The translations under genes were made by a program, and so were the position numbers. The notes under the pieces are model-generated. The model was not told the DNA's origin and searched no databases. It was given only the letters and a program-made list of their open reading frames with translations. A DNA stretch of 64,000 nt, taken from assembly GCA_964016885.1 (NCBI GenBank), contig OZ024743.1:51832001-51896000 (forward strand), written 5' to 3'. Below are positions 40,075-51,149 of the stretch, in pieces. The DNA is from Eledone cirrhosa. Lineage: Eukaryota. Positions within the stretch are counted from its first letter, which is position 1. Each line of letters starts with the position of its first letter.

Positions 40075-40920
40075 AACAGTACACAACAGTACACAACACT
40101 GTACAACACCACACAACACTGAACAATACCACACACCATCATATAACACCACACAATACCACACAACACTGTACAACACTGCACACCATCATATAATACC
40201 ACACAACAGTACACAACACTGTACAACACCACACAACACTGAACAACACCACACACCATCATATAACACCACACAATACCACGCAACACTGTACAACACC
40301 ACACAACACTGAACAACACCACACACCATCATATAACACCACACAATACCACACAACACTGTACAACACCGCACACCATCATATAATACCACACAATACC
40401 ACACAACACTACACAACACTGAACAACACCACACAGCACTGTACAACACAACACACTATCATATAATACCACACAACACTGAACAACACCACACAACACT
40501 GTACAACACCACACAACATCATATAATACCACTCAATATCACACAACACCACACACTATCACACAATACCACACAACACTACACATCACCACACAACACT
40601 ACAAACACTACACATCACCACACAACATCAAATTACAGCACACATCACACACCACATCACACCACACATCACATTACACCACACAACACTGCACAACACC
40701 ACACACCATCATATAATACCACACAACACTGTACAACACCACACAACATCATATAATACCACTCAATATCACACAACACCACTCAATATCATACAATACC
40801 ACACAACACCATACAATACCACACAGCACTACAAACACTACACATCACCACACAACATCAAATTACAGCACACATCACACATCACACCACACCACACATG
40901 ACATTACACCACAAAACACC
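40075..40920. repeat. CACAA-based minisatellite (10-nt subunits, 60/120-nt higher order)
   Basis: Direct inspection. Confidence 0.9.
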
Positions 40921-41710
40921 ATTTGCCCTACTTCTATCTTAGTAACACTCAAGAGTGACCTGACATATACACATATGTATGGTAAAATAATACATACATA
41001 CGTATACATAAATACACCTATTCATAAGGTTACTTTAAACGTGCTTGTCAGTTGATTTCCTGATCAAAACCACATAAACCTGTATATTACCAACATATAA
41101 TAGCTCAAAATTATATATTATCCCACACACACACATATACATATATATATACATATACATATATATATATATATATATATATTTACATACACAGTAATGC
41201 AAACACACATTAGCATACACTCATGCACACTCATACATATAATAACATACACATATATATACACATACATGCACAGTAACATAGGCTCACACATATACAA
41301 GCACACACAATGCCATAGACATGTATATATATATATACATATATACACGTACATTATCTTATGAAACTGCAACCCATCTATTGACATTCTGCTATTATCT
41401 CACATCTCTGTTTCCTGCTGCATGTGTGTGTGTGTGTGTGCGCGCGCGCACACATGTGTGTGTGTGTGTGTGTGTGTGAATGTGAGAGTGTAAGAGAGAG
41501 GGAGAAACAGTAAGAGAAAGAGAAGACACAACTACTCCAGTACTGTACTGCTAGTTTATTGACTCTGAAAGGATGAAAGGCAAAGTTGACTACAGTGGGA
41601 TTGAACTGATAGTTCAGTGGGCCAGACTGTCATTTGATGAAATTGACCTACAATATGGCCACCTAATTATCTGTTGGACACATCACAGATTGATGGCAGA
41701 GAAATATAAT

Positions 41711-41890
41711 TGTTTCTACTTCAGGCACAAGGCCAGCAATTAACCAGTACATTACTGGTACTTTATTTTATCGACCCCGTAAGGATGAAAGGCAAAGTTA
41801 ACCTCGGCGGGATTTGAACTCAGGCTGTAAAGGGACGTAACTCTGCTAGAAAGCATGGCGTCTAACCCTCTACCGATACTGCCAATCACC
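41711..41890 (-). mobile_element. tRNA/Deu-Nin-type SINE with ~19-bp TSD
   Basis: GATGGCAGAGAAATATAAT (41692-41710) and GATGGGAGAGAAATATAAT (41891-41909) flank the copy. Confidence 0.88.
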
Positions 41891-42105
41891 GATGGGAGAG
41901 AAATATAATGAATGTTATTTGAATTTAGAAACTCCAGTTAATAGCTAGTGGTTCAGCTAATTACATGATCCTCTACTGGATGATCATGGATGGAACAGCT
42001 CTGATCAAAGATCTACTCAATATGTTTCAACAAGAAACATATTGCTCACCAAAAAAACTTCACCAATAATGCACTCAATACATTAAGTAGAGCAGGCACA
42101 TTATT

Positions 42106-42167
42106 TATTTCAGATGGAAATTACTTCTTCAATATTAATCTTATGGAAGTAATTTCCATCTGAAATA
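42106..42167. repeat. 22-bp perfect inverted repeat next to a (TA)n tract, probably a very short inverted PLE insertion
   Basis: TATTTCAGATGGAAATTACTTC and GAAGTAATTTCCATCTGAAATA. Confidence 0.7.
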
Positions 42168-42395
42168 TATTATATATATATGTGTGTGTGTATACATATA
42201 AATGTATATATTTTATACGAGCAAGACACGATCACCCAACCAATCTTGCCTCAAGTGGGACAACTCTTGTCTAACCCATGCTAGGATAGAAGATAGATGT
42301 TAAACGATAATGATGATGATGATATATATATATATATCCCACACTCTAACGTGTTGGTGACACAACAGAAAGCACCCATATATACATATTTAATT

Positions 42396-42487
42396 ACATA
42401 TTACATATGTTTCACTGTCGATCAGCTTGAGGAACAATCTATTAATGATCGAACCTGACTCTGGAATCGGAAGCTCTTCAGATATGT
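42396..42487 (-). ncRNA. Type I hammerhead (solo pLTR)
   Basis: ACATAT-CTGAAGA-GCT...AGT-GAAA-CATATG-TA-ATATGT. Palindromic helix III; helix I can extend into the flanks. Confidence 0.8.
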
Positions 42488-42579
42488 TTTAATATGTAAT
42501 AAATATGTATATGATGCAACATTGATTCTTTGCTCCTTATATGTTGATACTATATATTACATACAAATACATACATCCA

Positions 42580-43210
42580 TATATATATATGAATAAAAAT
42601 AGACCGAGAAAAGTCCGTCATCAGTAGTCTGCTGATTCTCATTGGTCGGACTTTTCTCGGTCTATTTTTATTCATATGTTCATATTCGCAACAACGCAGC
42701 ACGCCATTTTTCATTCACATATATTTTCCCTTCGCTGTGGTTCGTATTTTTTCTGTTACCTTACTGCTTTCCTCTTTCTCTCTCTCCCACTTACCTCTTA
42801 CTTTCCTCCATCCCCACTGCTGGTCGCACACTCAGCTAGCCCCTTCCTCAAACTTTCACTCACTCACTCTCTGCTACTCCTCTCTCACTTCCTCCCGTCT
42901 GACCTGCATTAATTCTTTCCTCTCTCAATTTTCTTCTCGTCATTTGATTTGTCGGACTTATGCCCACAAGATTCATTGACTTGTCTCTTTTTTCCCCTCT
43001 TTACGTTGCGCTACTACCATGTTGTTTGTTCACTTTCCTCTGTCCCGATAACTTAATTTAGTTATCGCTCGCACTGATTTTAGGTATCTAGTCTTTAATG
43101 CAAAGAAATACCAATGAGAATCAGCAGACTACTAATGACGGACTTTTCTCGGTCTATTTTTATTCATATGTCCATATTCGCAACAACGCAGCACGCCATT
43201 TTTCATTCAT
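42580..43210 (+). mobile_element. Non-autonomous ~0.6-kb element with PLE architecture (inverted partial repeat plus direct terminal repeat) in (TA)n
   Basis: 42587-42646 is the reverse complement of 43110-43169, and 42647-42717 directly repeats 43139-43209. No credible ORF. Confidence 0.85.
43042..43143 (+). ncRNA. Candidate scrambled/pseudoknotted hammerhead-like RNA motif, copy 1
   Basis: GGTAT-C-TAGTCT...GAA-ATACC...AGACTA-CTAATGA; the inverted copy at 42618-42624 reads CTGATGA. Covaries with 61301-61402. Confidence 0.6.
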
Positions 43211-43220
43211 ATATATATAT

Positions 43221-45753
43221 AAATAAGATGTATGGTAGGTCGTATGTGAATCGCGATGATCACGTCTGACCTACCAAATATGTGACGGTAGCTAGTTAAG
43301 CTCTATGCGTATACGCAGAGCAGAAATATTAGTGAAAAAGAACAAAGGAACTATTATGACATTATAACAAGTTTATTGCCGACAGCCGTTTCGTTCGACC
43401 ACATGGTGGGACTTATCAAGGCATATAACATGTGATTGTAAGATCATTGTTTACATCAACGTATCACTCAAGGCTAGCAGTTTGAAATTGTGGTATACAT
43501 CAGCGACTCCGCTTGTATAGTTGGGGTCTATATTCTAAGGGGGCTCTTTTATATTAGTTGTCGGGGTCAGGGATTGAAGTTTAAAAATTAGATAATAATA
43601 TATAATTTACGCATTAACAGTAAACTAAAAGACTTGGGGTCCCGTAGAAAAATACCACAAGCGAGACCCTCTGGATAACGTAGACGCAGGACCATACCCG
43701 CAAATATATACCCTGATCTGTCTTGAATATACAGGGCTGACGGAATATGGATAACACGACCACCATCTAAGCTGGGACCGACCCATACTGCAAACAAAGA
43801 GGGGACAGCCCTTCGCTTTTGACCAGTCGCGTGTGGACTTGGAGTTCGTAATATACCACCCCAGTCAAATCCACACTGGTTTTTTAACAATATAGCATGT
43901 AGACCAATACATCCTGCGTAGCGAGACCTTGGACTTAGAACCAGCAGGCTCGTCTATCGCGAAAGTGTTCAACCCCTGAAACTAAAAGATTGAACGGACC
44001 ACATCCGGCAACCACTGGCTATTAGATCCACAGGTACATCTCCCAGAGAGTCCATGCAGATAATAGTGAACCCCAGGTGATCTATGAACGTTTAAACAAG
44101 ACCAGCTGCGCCTGGAGCTATGCAGATGACTACATACGCATAATGGATATCGTGCCTGGAGCTATGCAGATGACTACATACGCATAATGGATATCGCGCC
44201 CACACGGTCACCAGTACTGTTCATCCTGTTGTATGTATGTAAATATCCGTGCGCGGGATATCCCTGAGTACATTTTCTTGACCATCAATTGTTAATCGAT
44301 TGTTTGTTAATTAGGCAGGAATATACCATTGTGTCTGTGCTAATCCTATGTGTTGCTGTGTGTGTGTAAAGTATCCGAGCGCGGGATATCCCTGAGCTAG
44401 TTTTGCCTGACTGTTAATAGTGTTTTGATTACTTGTTAATTGGGCAGGAATATATATTGTTATGTCTTTGTTGATCCTATATCAATAATTTTGTGATAAT
44501 TTTGTAATAATTTTATGATAATTTTATGATAATTTGATAATTTTGTAATAATTTTATGGTAATTTTATGATAATTTGATAATTTTGTGGTAATTTTGTAA
44601 TAATTTTTAATCCTGTATCAATAATTTTAGAATAATTTTTTGTGATAATACATTGTTAGATTACTGAAGCTACCTTATACCTTAACTAGGCAGGAATATA
44701 TATTATTATGTCTTTGTTAATCCTGTATCAATAATTTTATAATAATTTTTTGCGATAATACATTGTTAGATTACTGAAGCTACCTTATACCTTCTTAAAA
44801 ATACATTTTATAATTATTGTCTTTTTGCTTATGTATTTTCTTATTTACCACTTTCTTTAATCTTGCCCAACTTGATAAACTCCTTGAATTGCTCCCTGAT
44901 TAAATTACTTAAATTATTGTATCTATTATGCCTAAGTTGTATCTGTTGAAGCAGCCCTTTGAAAATTCCTCGGATATCCCAAATACCGTAATTTTTAACT
45001 TTTAATGTATAATTTTGCTCAATTCGTTTTTATATATATCCTTAAAGGCTCTCTAAAATTTTAATTCTTCGAAGGCTCTCTCGGATGAAGTTCCTATTAA
45101 AAATATTAAAGGGGCCTTTTCTGAGAGAATTATAGAAGGCTCTCTGAATTAACCTCTAATTGATTAGTTTCTTTCAACTTAGTAGGAAATATCAAAACTT
45201 CGTAAGTTTTCTGAATTTTGTAAACGTGATCTCGGGGGAAGAAGGTTTTTTTCTTTCGGGAAAAAATTTTTTTTTTCTCTAGAAGGAATTTCATAGGAAC
45301 TTTATATATTTTTTAGGGAAACTTTATATTTTTATTTTTTATTTTATTAGCCTCTTAATTTCTTTTAGTCTAGTAGGTTTATTGGAGCCTGTAAGCTTTA
45401 TGCACTTATTGAGGGATTTTCTAAGGTGCTTCTACGGGACCCCAAGTCTTTTAGTTTACTGTTAATGCGTAAATTATATATTATTATCTAATTTTTAAAC
45501 TTCAATCCCTGACCCCGACAACTAATATAAAAGAGCCCCCTTAGAATATAGACCCCAACTATACAAGCGGAGTCGCTGATGTATACCACAATTTCAAACT
45601 GCTAGCCTTGAGTGATACGTTGATGTAAACAATGATCTTACAATCACATGTTATATGCCTTGATAAGTCCCACCATGTGGTCGGACGAAACGGCTGTCGG
45701 CAATAAACTTGTTATAATGTCATAATAGTTCCTTTGTTCTTTTTCACTAATAT
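43221..45753 (+). mobile_element. Non-autonomous ~2.5-kb PLE-type element with 324-bp inverted pLTRs
   Basis: 43326-43649 is the reverse complement of 45430-45753 (one mismatch noticed). Both arms hold an HHR, TA tracts flank the element, and the interior has internal tandem duplications but no RT-like ORF. Confidence 0.85.
45656..45702 (+). ncRNA. Type I hammerhead, U3-A8 core variant (mirror 43377-43423, minus)
   Basis: TGCC-TTGATAA-GTCC..GGAC-GAAA-CGGCTG-TC-GGCA. Confidence 0.85.
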
Positions 45754-45770
45754 ATATATATATATATATA

Positions 45771-46491
45771 ACAAAGAAATTGTGGTAAGGAACCAGATGC
45801 ACCATAATGCACCAAAGTACTCAATACTTAGTGTAGTAGAGTGGGTAATAGGAACAAGTATGACCCCGACGGCAGAGCTCAAGCCGTTTCGACGGCTATT
45901 TCTGGACTAAGTAAGCCTGCTTTAAACATTTTTTTCACTACTAACTACAATCTCTTACTTAGTATTTTTCCCATTCTCTACCTATTATACTTTTCTATAG
46001 CTTAGCAATCCCTACTTATAGCAGCTGTTTATAGATTCTACTGTTTTTGTTTTTTTATTCATTTCTCACTATCAAATTTTTTTTTATATATTTATTATTT
46101 TTTTTTATTCTTATTTTTATTTTACTCCCTTTCGACTTACCTATTCCTTCAACTCCCCTCCTCCTTTTCTCCAGTACAATTTTTCGACTTTTCATACTTT
46201 ATCCTTAGAATCTGCTGTATAGATTTCCCTTTCAATGCCTGACTAGCTTTCTTTACTCCCTCTTTGGTCTACCGGCAAGTTCAGCCACCCCTACCTCCCA
46301 CCAAATGCCATGATAGATTTATTTGTCTTTATAACAAATTTTAACCAATCCTCTTGACAATTACTATCTTCCTATATAAGGAAGTACCCCTTGATAAGTT
46401 TGGCTATTTATTTACCAGGCTAAAAGTTCTAATTTAGTCAAGAAATAGCAGTCGAAACGGCTTGAGCTCTGCTGTCGGGGTCATACTTGTT

Positions 46492-46496
<5 letters not shown>
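45771..46496 (+). mobile_element. Non-autonomous or truncated PLE-type element with inverted partial pLTR
   Basis: 45848-45910 is the reverse complement of 46434-46496. TA flanks on both sides and an HHR at the 3' end. Confidence 0.8.
46386..46481 (+). ncRNA. Type I hammerhead, U3-A8 core variant with stable helix III
   Basis: ACCCC-TTGATAA-G..GCTATTT...AAATAGC..C-GAAA-CGGC(ttgagctct)GCTG-TC-GGGGT. Confidence 0.82.
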
Positions 46497-46527
<31 letters not shown>

Positions 46528-47244
46528 GATATAGATATATATAGTCAGTAGGCACCTCTTAACCAAATATACACTCCAACCCACTAACCCTACTCCCTCC
46601 TCCCACTTCCACCAACACCACCCCTTTCTCTATAAAGTTATGTTGGTACCACAACATCCAGTCCACACTAATGAGGTTGTGTAGGTGTCATGACAAAAAA
46701 AAAACACAGTCCTCGCTGTAAAGTGGTTTTGTAGAAGACACGATAAAAAGCTCCCAGTTCACACTGTAAATGTGGTTGGTGTTAGGAAGGGCATCCAGCC
46801 GTAGAAAACCTGCCAGATAGTCCTATACGAGCTAGTCACGGTCACTCAATCAATCTTGCCTCAAGTGGGACAATTCCCGTCTAACCCATGCTAGTGTGGA
46901 AGATAGACGTTAAACGATGATGATGATATATATAAATATCCATGGCAATGCTAGAATCTATGACCTATGGGTGATGAGGCCCGTATAATCCCTGACACCA
47001 ATAATAATGAACAAATCAATTGATAGATAATCCAAAATAACAACAACAGGACCACTACTGACAACAACAATAACAGCAACAACATCAACACCACCACCAT
47101 CAACAGCAATAACAACACCAACAATAGCAATAATATCAACACCAACAATAACAGCAACATCATCAATAACAACACCAACACAATTTATCACCAATGTAAT
47201 CCAATATTGCTTGAAGGTGGTGAGTCAATTTCAGAAGATAAACA

Positions 47245-48990
47245 CCTACCAGCACTACTACCTACACTACCACCACTATTACTACTATCTACACTACCAC
47301 CACCACCTACACTACCACCACTACTACCTACACACCACCACTACTACCTACACTACCACCACCACCACCTACACTACCACCACTACTACCTACACACCAC
47401 CACTACTACCTACACTACCACCACTACTACCTACACACCACCACTACTACCTACACTACCACCACCACTACCTACACTACCACCACCACTACCTACACTA
47501 CAACCACTACTACCTACACTACCACCACCACTACTACCTACACTACCACCACCACTACTACCTACACTACCACCACTACTACATACACTACCACCACTAC
47601 TACCTACATTACCACCACCACCACTACCTACACTACCACCACTACCTACACTACCACCACCACTACCTACACTACAAGCACCACTACCTACACTACCACC
47701 ACCACTACTACCTACACTACCACCACTACTACCTATATTACCACCACCACCACTACCTACACTACCACCACTACTACCTACACTACCACCACTACTACCT
47801 ACATTACCACCACCACCTACACTACCACCACTACTACCTACACTACCACCACCACTACCTACACTACCACCACTACTGCCTACACTACCACCACTACTAC
47901 CTACACCACCACCACCACTACCTACACTACCACCACTACTACCTACACCACCACCACTACCTACACTACCACCACTACTACCTACACTACCACCACTACT
48001 ACCTACACTGCCACCACTACTACCTATACTACCACCACCACTACCTACACTACCATCACCACTACCTACACTACCACCACTACTACCTACACTACCACCA
48101 CCACTACCTACACTACCACCACTACTACCTACACTACCACCACCACTACCTATACTACCACCACTACTACCTACACTACCACCACCACTACCTACACTAC
48201 CTACACTACCACCACTACTACCTACACTACCACCACCACTACCACCACTACCACCACTACTACTTACACTACCACCACTACTACCTACACTGCCACCATT
48301 ACTACCTACACTACTACCACTACTACCTACACACCACCACTACTACCTACACTACCACCACTACTACCTACACTGCCACCACTACTACCTATACTACCAC
48401 CACCACTACCTACACTACCACCACCACTACCTACACTACCACCACTACTACCTACACTACCACCACCACTACCTACACTACCACCACTACTACCTACACT
48501 ACCACCACCACTACCTATACTACCACCACTACTACCTACACTACCACCACCACTACCTACACTACCTACACTACCACCACTACTACCTACACTACCACCA
48601 CCACTACCACCACTACCACCACTACTACTTACACTACCACCACTACTACCTACACTGCCACCATTACTACCTACACTACCACCACTACTACCTACACACC
48701 ACCACTACTACCTACACTACCACCACTACTACCTACACTACCACCACTACCACCTACACTACCTACATTACCACCACCACTACCTACATACCTCTACCAC
48801 TACCTACACCACCACCACCACCACTACTACCTACACCACCTACACTACTACCACTACTGCCTACATTTCCTTCGCCACTGTCACCTACACCACCACCACC
48901 ACTGCCGACACCACCACGACTACTACCTACACCACCACCACTACATATACACCTATCACTACCTACAGTATCGACACCACCACCATTATC
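47245..48990. repeat. CTACCTACACTACCACCA-type minisatellite / (ACY)n low-complexity tract
   Basis: Direct inspection. The long LPTLPP and HYH ORFs are by-products of the repeat. Confidence 0.95.
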
Positions 48991-49024
48991 ACCTTTACTG
49001 TTAATACAAACATCCCCACCTGAT

Positions 49025-49418
49025 GTTAAACCAGGTGATGGATTTCTACCTCTGTAGTGAACCAAAGACACCCCAGGGACCAGGTGGTGGTGGAGGTGGT
49101 GGTGGTGTTAAACCAGGTGATGGATTTCTACCTCTGTAGTGAACCAAAGACACCCCAGGGACCAGGTGGTGGTGGTGTTAAACCAGGTGATGGATTTCTA
49201 CCTCTGTAGTGAACCAAAGACACCCCAGGGACCAGGTGGTGGTGGTGTTAAACCAGGTGATGGATTTCTACCTCTGTAGTGAACCAAAGACACCCCAGGG
49301 ACCAGGTGGTGGTGGAGGTGGTGGTGGTGTTAAACCAGGTGATGGATTTCTACCTCTGTAGTGAACCAAAGAGACCCCAGGGACCAGGTGGTGGTGGTGT
49401 TAAACCAGGTGATGGATT
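49025..49418. repeat. 70-82-bp minisatellite, about 5.3 copies
   Basis: GTTAAACCAGGTGATGGATTTCTACCTCTGTAGTGAACCAAAGACACCCCAGGGACCA followed by (GGT)n. Confidence 0.95.
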
Positions 49419-49699
49419 ACTGAGGTTAGCTTTGACTTTCATCTTTACTGGGTTGATAAAATAAAGTAGCAGTAATACACTGGGTCGATTTAATTGACTT
49501 TCCCCTTTCCTTCAAATTGTTGGCTTTGTGCCAAATGTAGAAACAATTAATTAATGCTTGTGGCATTTAGGTGTGACAGTTTAGATTTGCTGGGTGGGTA
49601 CATGGAAAATGTAGCCATATGAAGAGATTATTAAATAATGTGGCAGCTACATTTAAGCGTAAAGTGTTTATGGAGGGTGGTGCAGATGGAGAGGATGTT

Positions 49700-50165
49700 G
49701 AACTGGATTTTGGGAATGGTGTGAAGAAGGAATGTGTGAAAACGTTTTTTTACTTTGGAGACATGTTGGAGGGGGTGGATCAGATTCTGTGACAGTATCT
49801 AGATGTGCATGCAAGAGGTTCTGGGAACTGAATAATGTGCTAATGAGGTGGGGGAGTGTTAGTGAACAGTGTATGCTACATGTGTAAGAAGTGCCATGAT
49901 TTATGGGAATGAGACATGGATGAGGAATGTGGAGCAACAGAGAAAGCTGGAAAAAATGGAAATGGGAATGATCCATTGGATGGGTGGAGTATTGCTGAGA
50001 GGAAAACAAACAATAAATTGTAGAATATAATGGAAATAGAACCAGTGATGAATGTGGTGAAGAGAAATGGAATGAGATGGTTGTGTGTTAAAGAAAGATG
50101 GAAGTGACTGTGTATTCTTTTAATGTTACAATATTAAAGAAAATGTAAAGGAAGGGGTGAACAAC
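49700..50165 (+). mobile_element. Old degraded RTE-like LINE C-terminal fragment
   Basis: Remnants of F.YLGDML.GGG, CVRSAMIYGNETW and EMGMI.WM.G motifs across broken frames. Confidence 0.55.
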
Positions 50166-50249
50166 CGAGCCAACACCAGAGCAAAAGACAGCAGCGTCGC
50201 AAGGAGTACTGGGCAACCTCTCTAATGATTTTTGAGGCAAGCCAGCACA

Positions 50250-50580
50250 CTCGCAGCGTTGCCTCAGGTGATAGCGAGGCTGATGCGCTGAAACAGCCAA
50301 GCGCCCTTGCGAGATTCGCCAGTTACCTCTATTAGGCGAGCCGCCAGTGAAGAGAGGAACCTCGCAGTCAGCGGCCCGACTCTCCCAAACGTCTCGAAAG
50401 CCACAGGCTGAAAAATGTAGCTGGCCGACAGATCAGAGTATTTTAGAGTCTTACTCCGCTCGGCTGCGGCAGCTGTGGCTCTCGTCCTAACCGCAGCATC
50501 CAGGATGTGGGGAAAAGCAAAAGAGTCACTAACAGTGACGTCCCAGACAAGGCACCTGCCTCTCGACCAGGGGCACAGGG
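50250..50580 (-). mobile_element. Second CRE-type RLE endonuclease fragment
   Basis: PWSRGRCLVWDVTVSDS...AERSKTLKYSDL...FQPVAFETFG...WLFQRISLAI. Confidence 0.8.
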
Positions 50581-50632
50581 AGAGGATGGAAATGAATGTG
50601 AAAGTAAAAGAAGAGGAAGAAAGACATAGCTT

Positions 50633-50903
50633 GATGGAGGAGGAAAGTGAGGGGGTTGGTGAGAGGTGCTCCATGGAGGAGGAAAGTGAGGGGGTTGGTG
50701 AGAGGTGCTCCATGGAGGAGGAAAGACAGGGGGTTGGTGAGGGGTGCTCCATGGAGGAGGAAAGACAGGGGGTTGGTGAGGGGTGCTCCATGGAGGAGGA
50801 AAGACAGGGGGTTGGTGAGAGGTGCTCCATGGAGGAGGAAAGACAGGGGGTTGGTGAGGGGTGCTCCATGGAGGAAGAAAGACAGGGGGTTGGTGAGGGG
50901 TGC
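50633..50903. repeat. 39-bp minisatellite, 7 copies
   Basis: Unit TCCATGGAGGAGGAAAGACAGGGGGTTGGTGAGGGGTGC. Confidence 0.95.
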
Positions 50904-51149
50904 TGCAAACAATACACAAAAGTGGAGAAGCTAGTCATGGGGCCCACAAAACTAACCCCTGCTTCTTATTGTCTTTAAATTCAGAGTTCCAGCTGAGGTG
51001 AAGTTTGCCAATCATTCTACTAGGTTCAATATAGTAGAAATCCAAGATTTAATGGATAACTCACCTGTGACAATAAGTTAACATTCCCTACTAGAACCTA
51101 AATACACAAATGTTGGCATTGGTGAGCCACAACAGACTGGTTGTGTATA

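Noticed and set aside
43083-43145. HDV-like fold for the scrambled motif
   Set aside because: No convincing P3/L3/P1.1 elements, and covariation supports hammerhead-type helix I and III pairing instead.
43588-43890. 100-aa minus-strand ORF in the 2.5-kb element
   Set aside because: Non-ATG start, no recognisable motif, and it runs into the pLTR.
47207-49057. 616-aa Pro/Leu/Thr and 597-aa His/Tyr ORFs
   Set aside because: Stop-free by composition of the ACY repeat; the register shifts between frames and there is no unique domain.
50264-50978. 227-aa ORF as a single gene
   Set aside because: Chance fusion of a 39-bp minisatellite with a CRE endonuclease fragment.
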